NCBI RefSeq assembly: GCF_000195855.1 | Contig: NC_002677.1 | Coordinates: forward strand, 930,001 to 962,000 | From: Mycobacterium leprae TN | Lineage (GTDB): Bacteria; Actinomycetota; Actinomycetes; Mycobacteriales; Mycobacteriaceae | Length of the DNA: 32,000 nt | Direction: 5' to 3' | Notes under the pieces: model-generated | The model's input: only the letters and a program-made list of their open reading frames with translations | What the model was told of the DNA's origin: nothing | Database searches by the model: none | Shown: piece by piece, positions 31,686-32,000 of the stretch | How the letters are laid out: each line of letters opens with the position of its first letter | Position numbering within the stretch: position 1 is the first letter of the stretch | Made by a program: the position numbers and the translations under genes

Positions 31686-32000
31686 ATGTGGGTGAAAAGC
31701 CTTTCGGTGACTGAATCGGTTTTGTGTCGGTGTTTTGCTGTCGCGGTTCACGGGCGCATTTGCTCCGACTCCGAATAGGTCGCCGAGTTGGCGGCTCCAC
31801 GTTCAGTCTATATGGAACTTCAGTCCGGGTAGGACAGCTGTGCACGCACATTTCGCCGGCAGCAGCACAAAAATGCTACTATGTAGACTACATGAGCATG
31901 ATAGCCGGTCACCCAGCGGATGCCATTTTTCTAAACTAGCCGACCAGAGTGTTGCTATACACCCGCCTTCATCCGCGGGCCAATTGGCTGATTCGCCGGC

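Overview
From remembered protein families and gene order, this window looks like a chromosomal segment of Mycobacterium leprae or a very close relative. It is largely collinear (inverted) with the M. tuberculosis Rv3232c-Rv3211 interval and shows heavy reductive decay. No database search was run; all identifications are by recalled motifs. Apparently intact genes: rsgA, aroA, an SRAP/HMCES-family gene, an unusual ParA/MinD-like ATPase with an N-terminal TPR-like region (EccA-N plus EspI-C type fusion), a small biotinyl/lipoyl-attachment protein, pdtaS, whiB1, an Rv3217c-like membrane protein, entC, an Rv3212-like protein and a rhlE-type DEAD-box helicase. Recognisable pseudogenes: ppk2-like fragment, Rv3231c-like fragment, oxidoreductase (Rv3230c-like), desaturase desA3, thiolase, arylsulfatase, NarL-type response regulator, PPE family, YbaK-type editing protein, short-chain dehydrogenase (Rv3224-like), sigH, rshA, diacylglycerol-kinase-like (Rv3218), GNAT acetyltransferase (Rv3216), gpm2 and ParA (Rv3213c). 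The best candidates for something under-described are the intact TPR/EspI-like ATPase at 16524-18302, surrounded by decay that includes a PPE relic, and a perfect 20-bp inverted repeat (3542-3587) sitting inside the conserved C-terminus of a dead thiolase. No CRISPR array, rRNA, tRNA, or intact mobile element was recognised.
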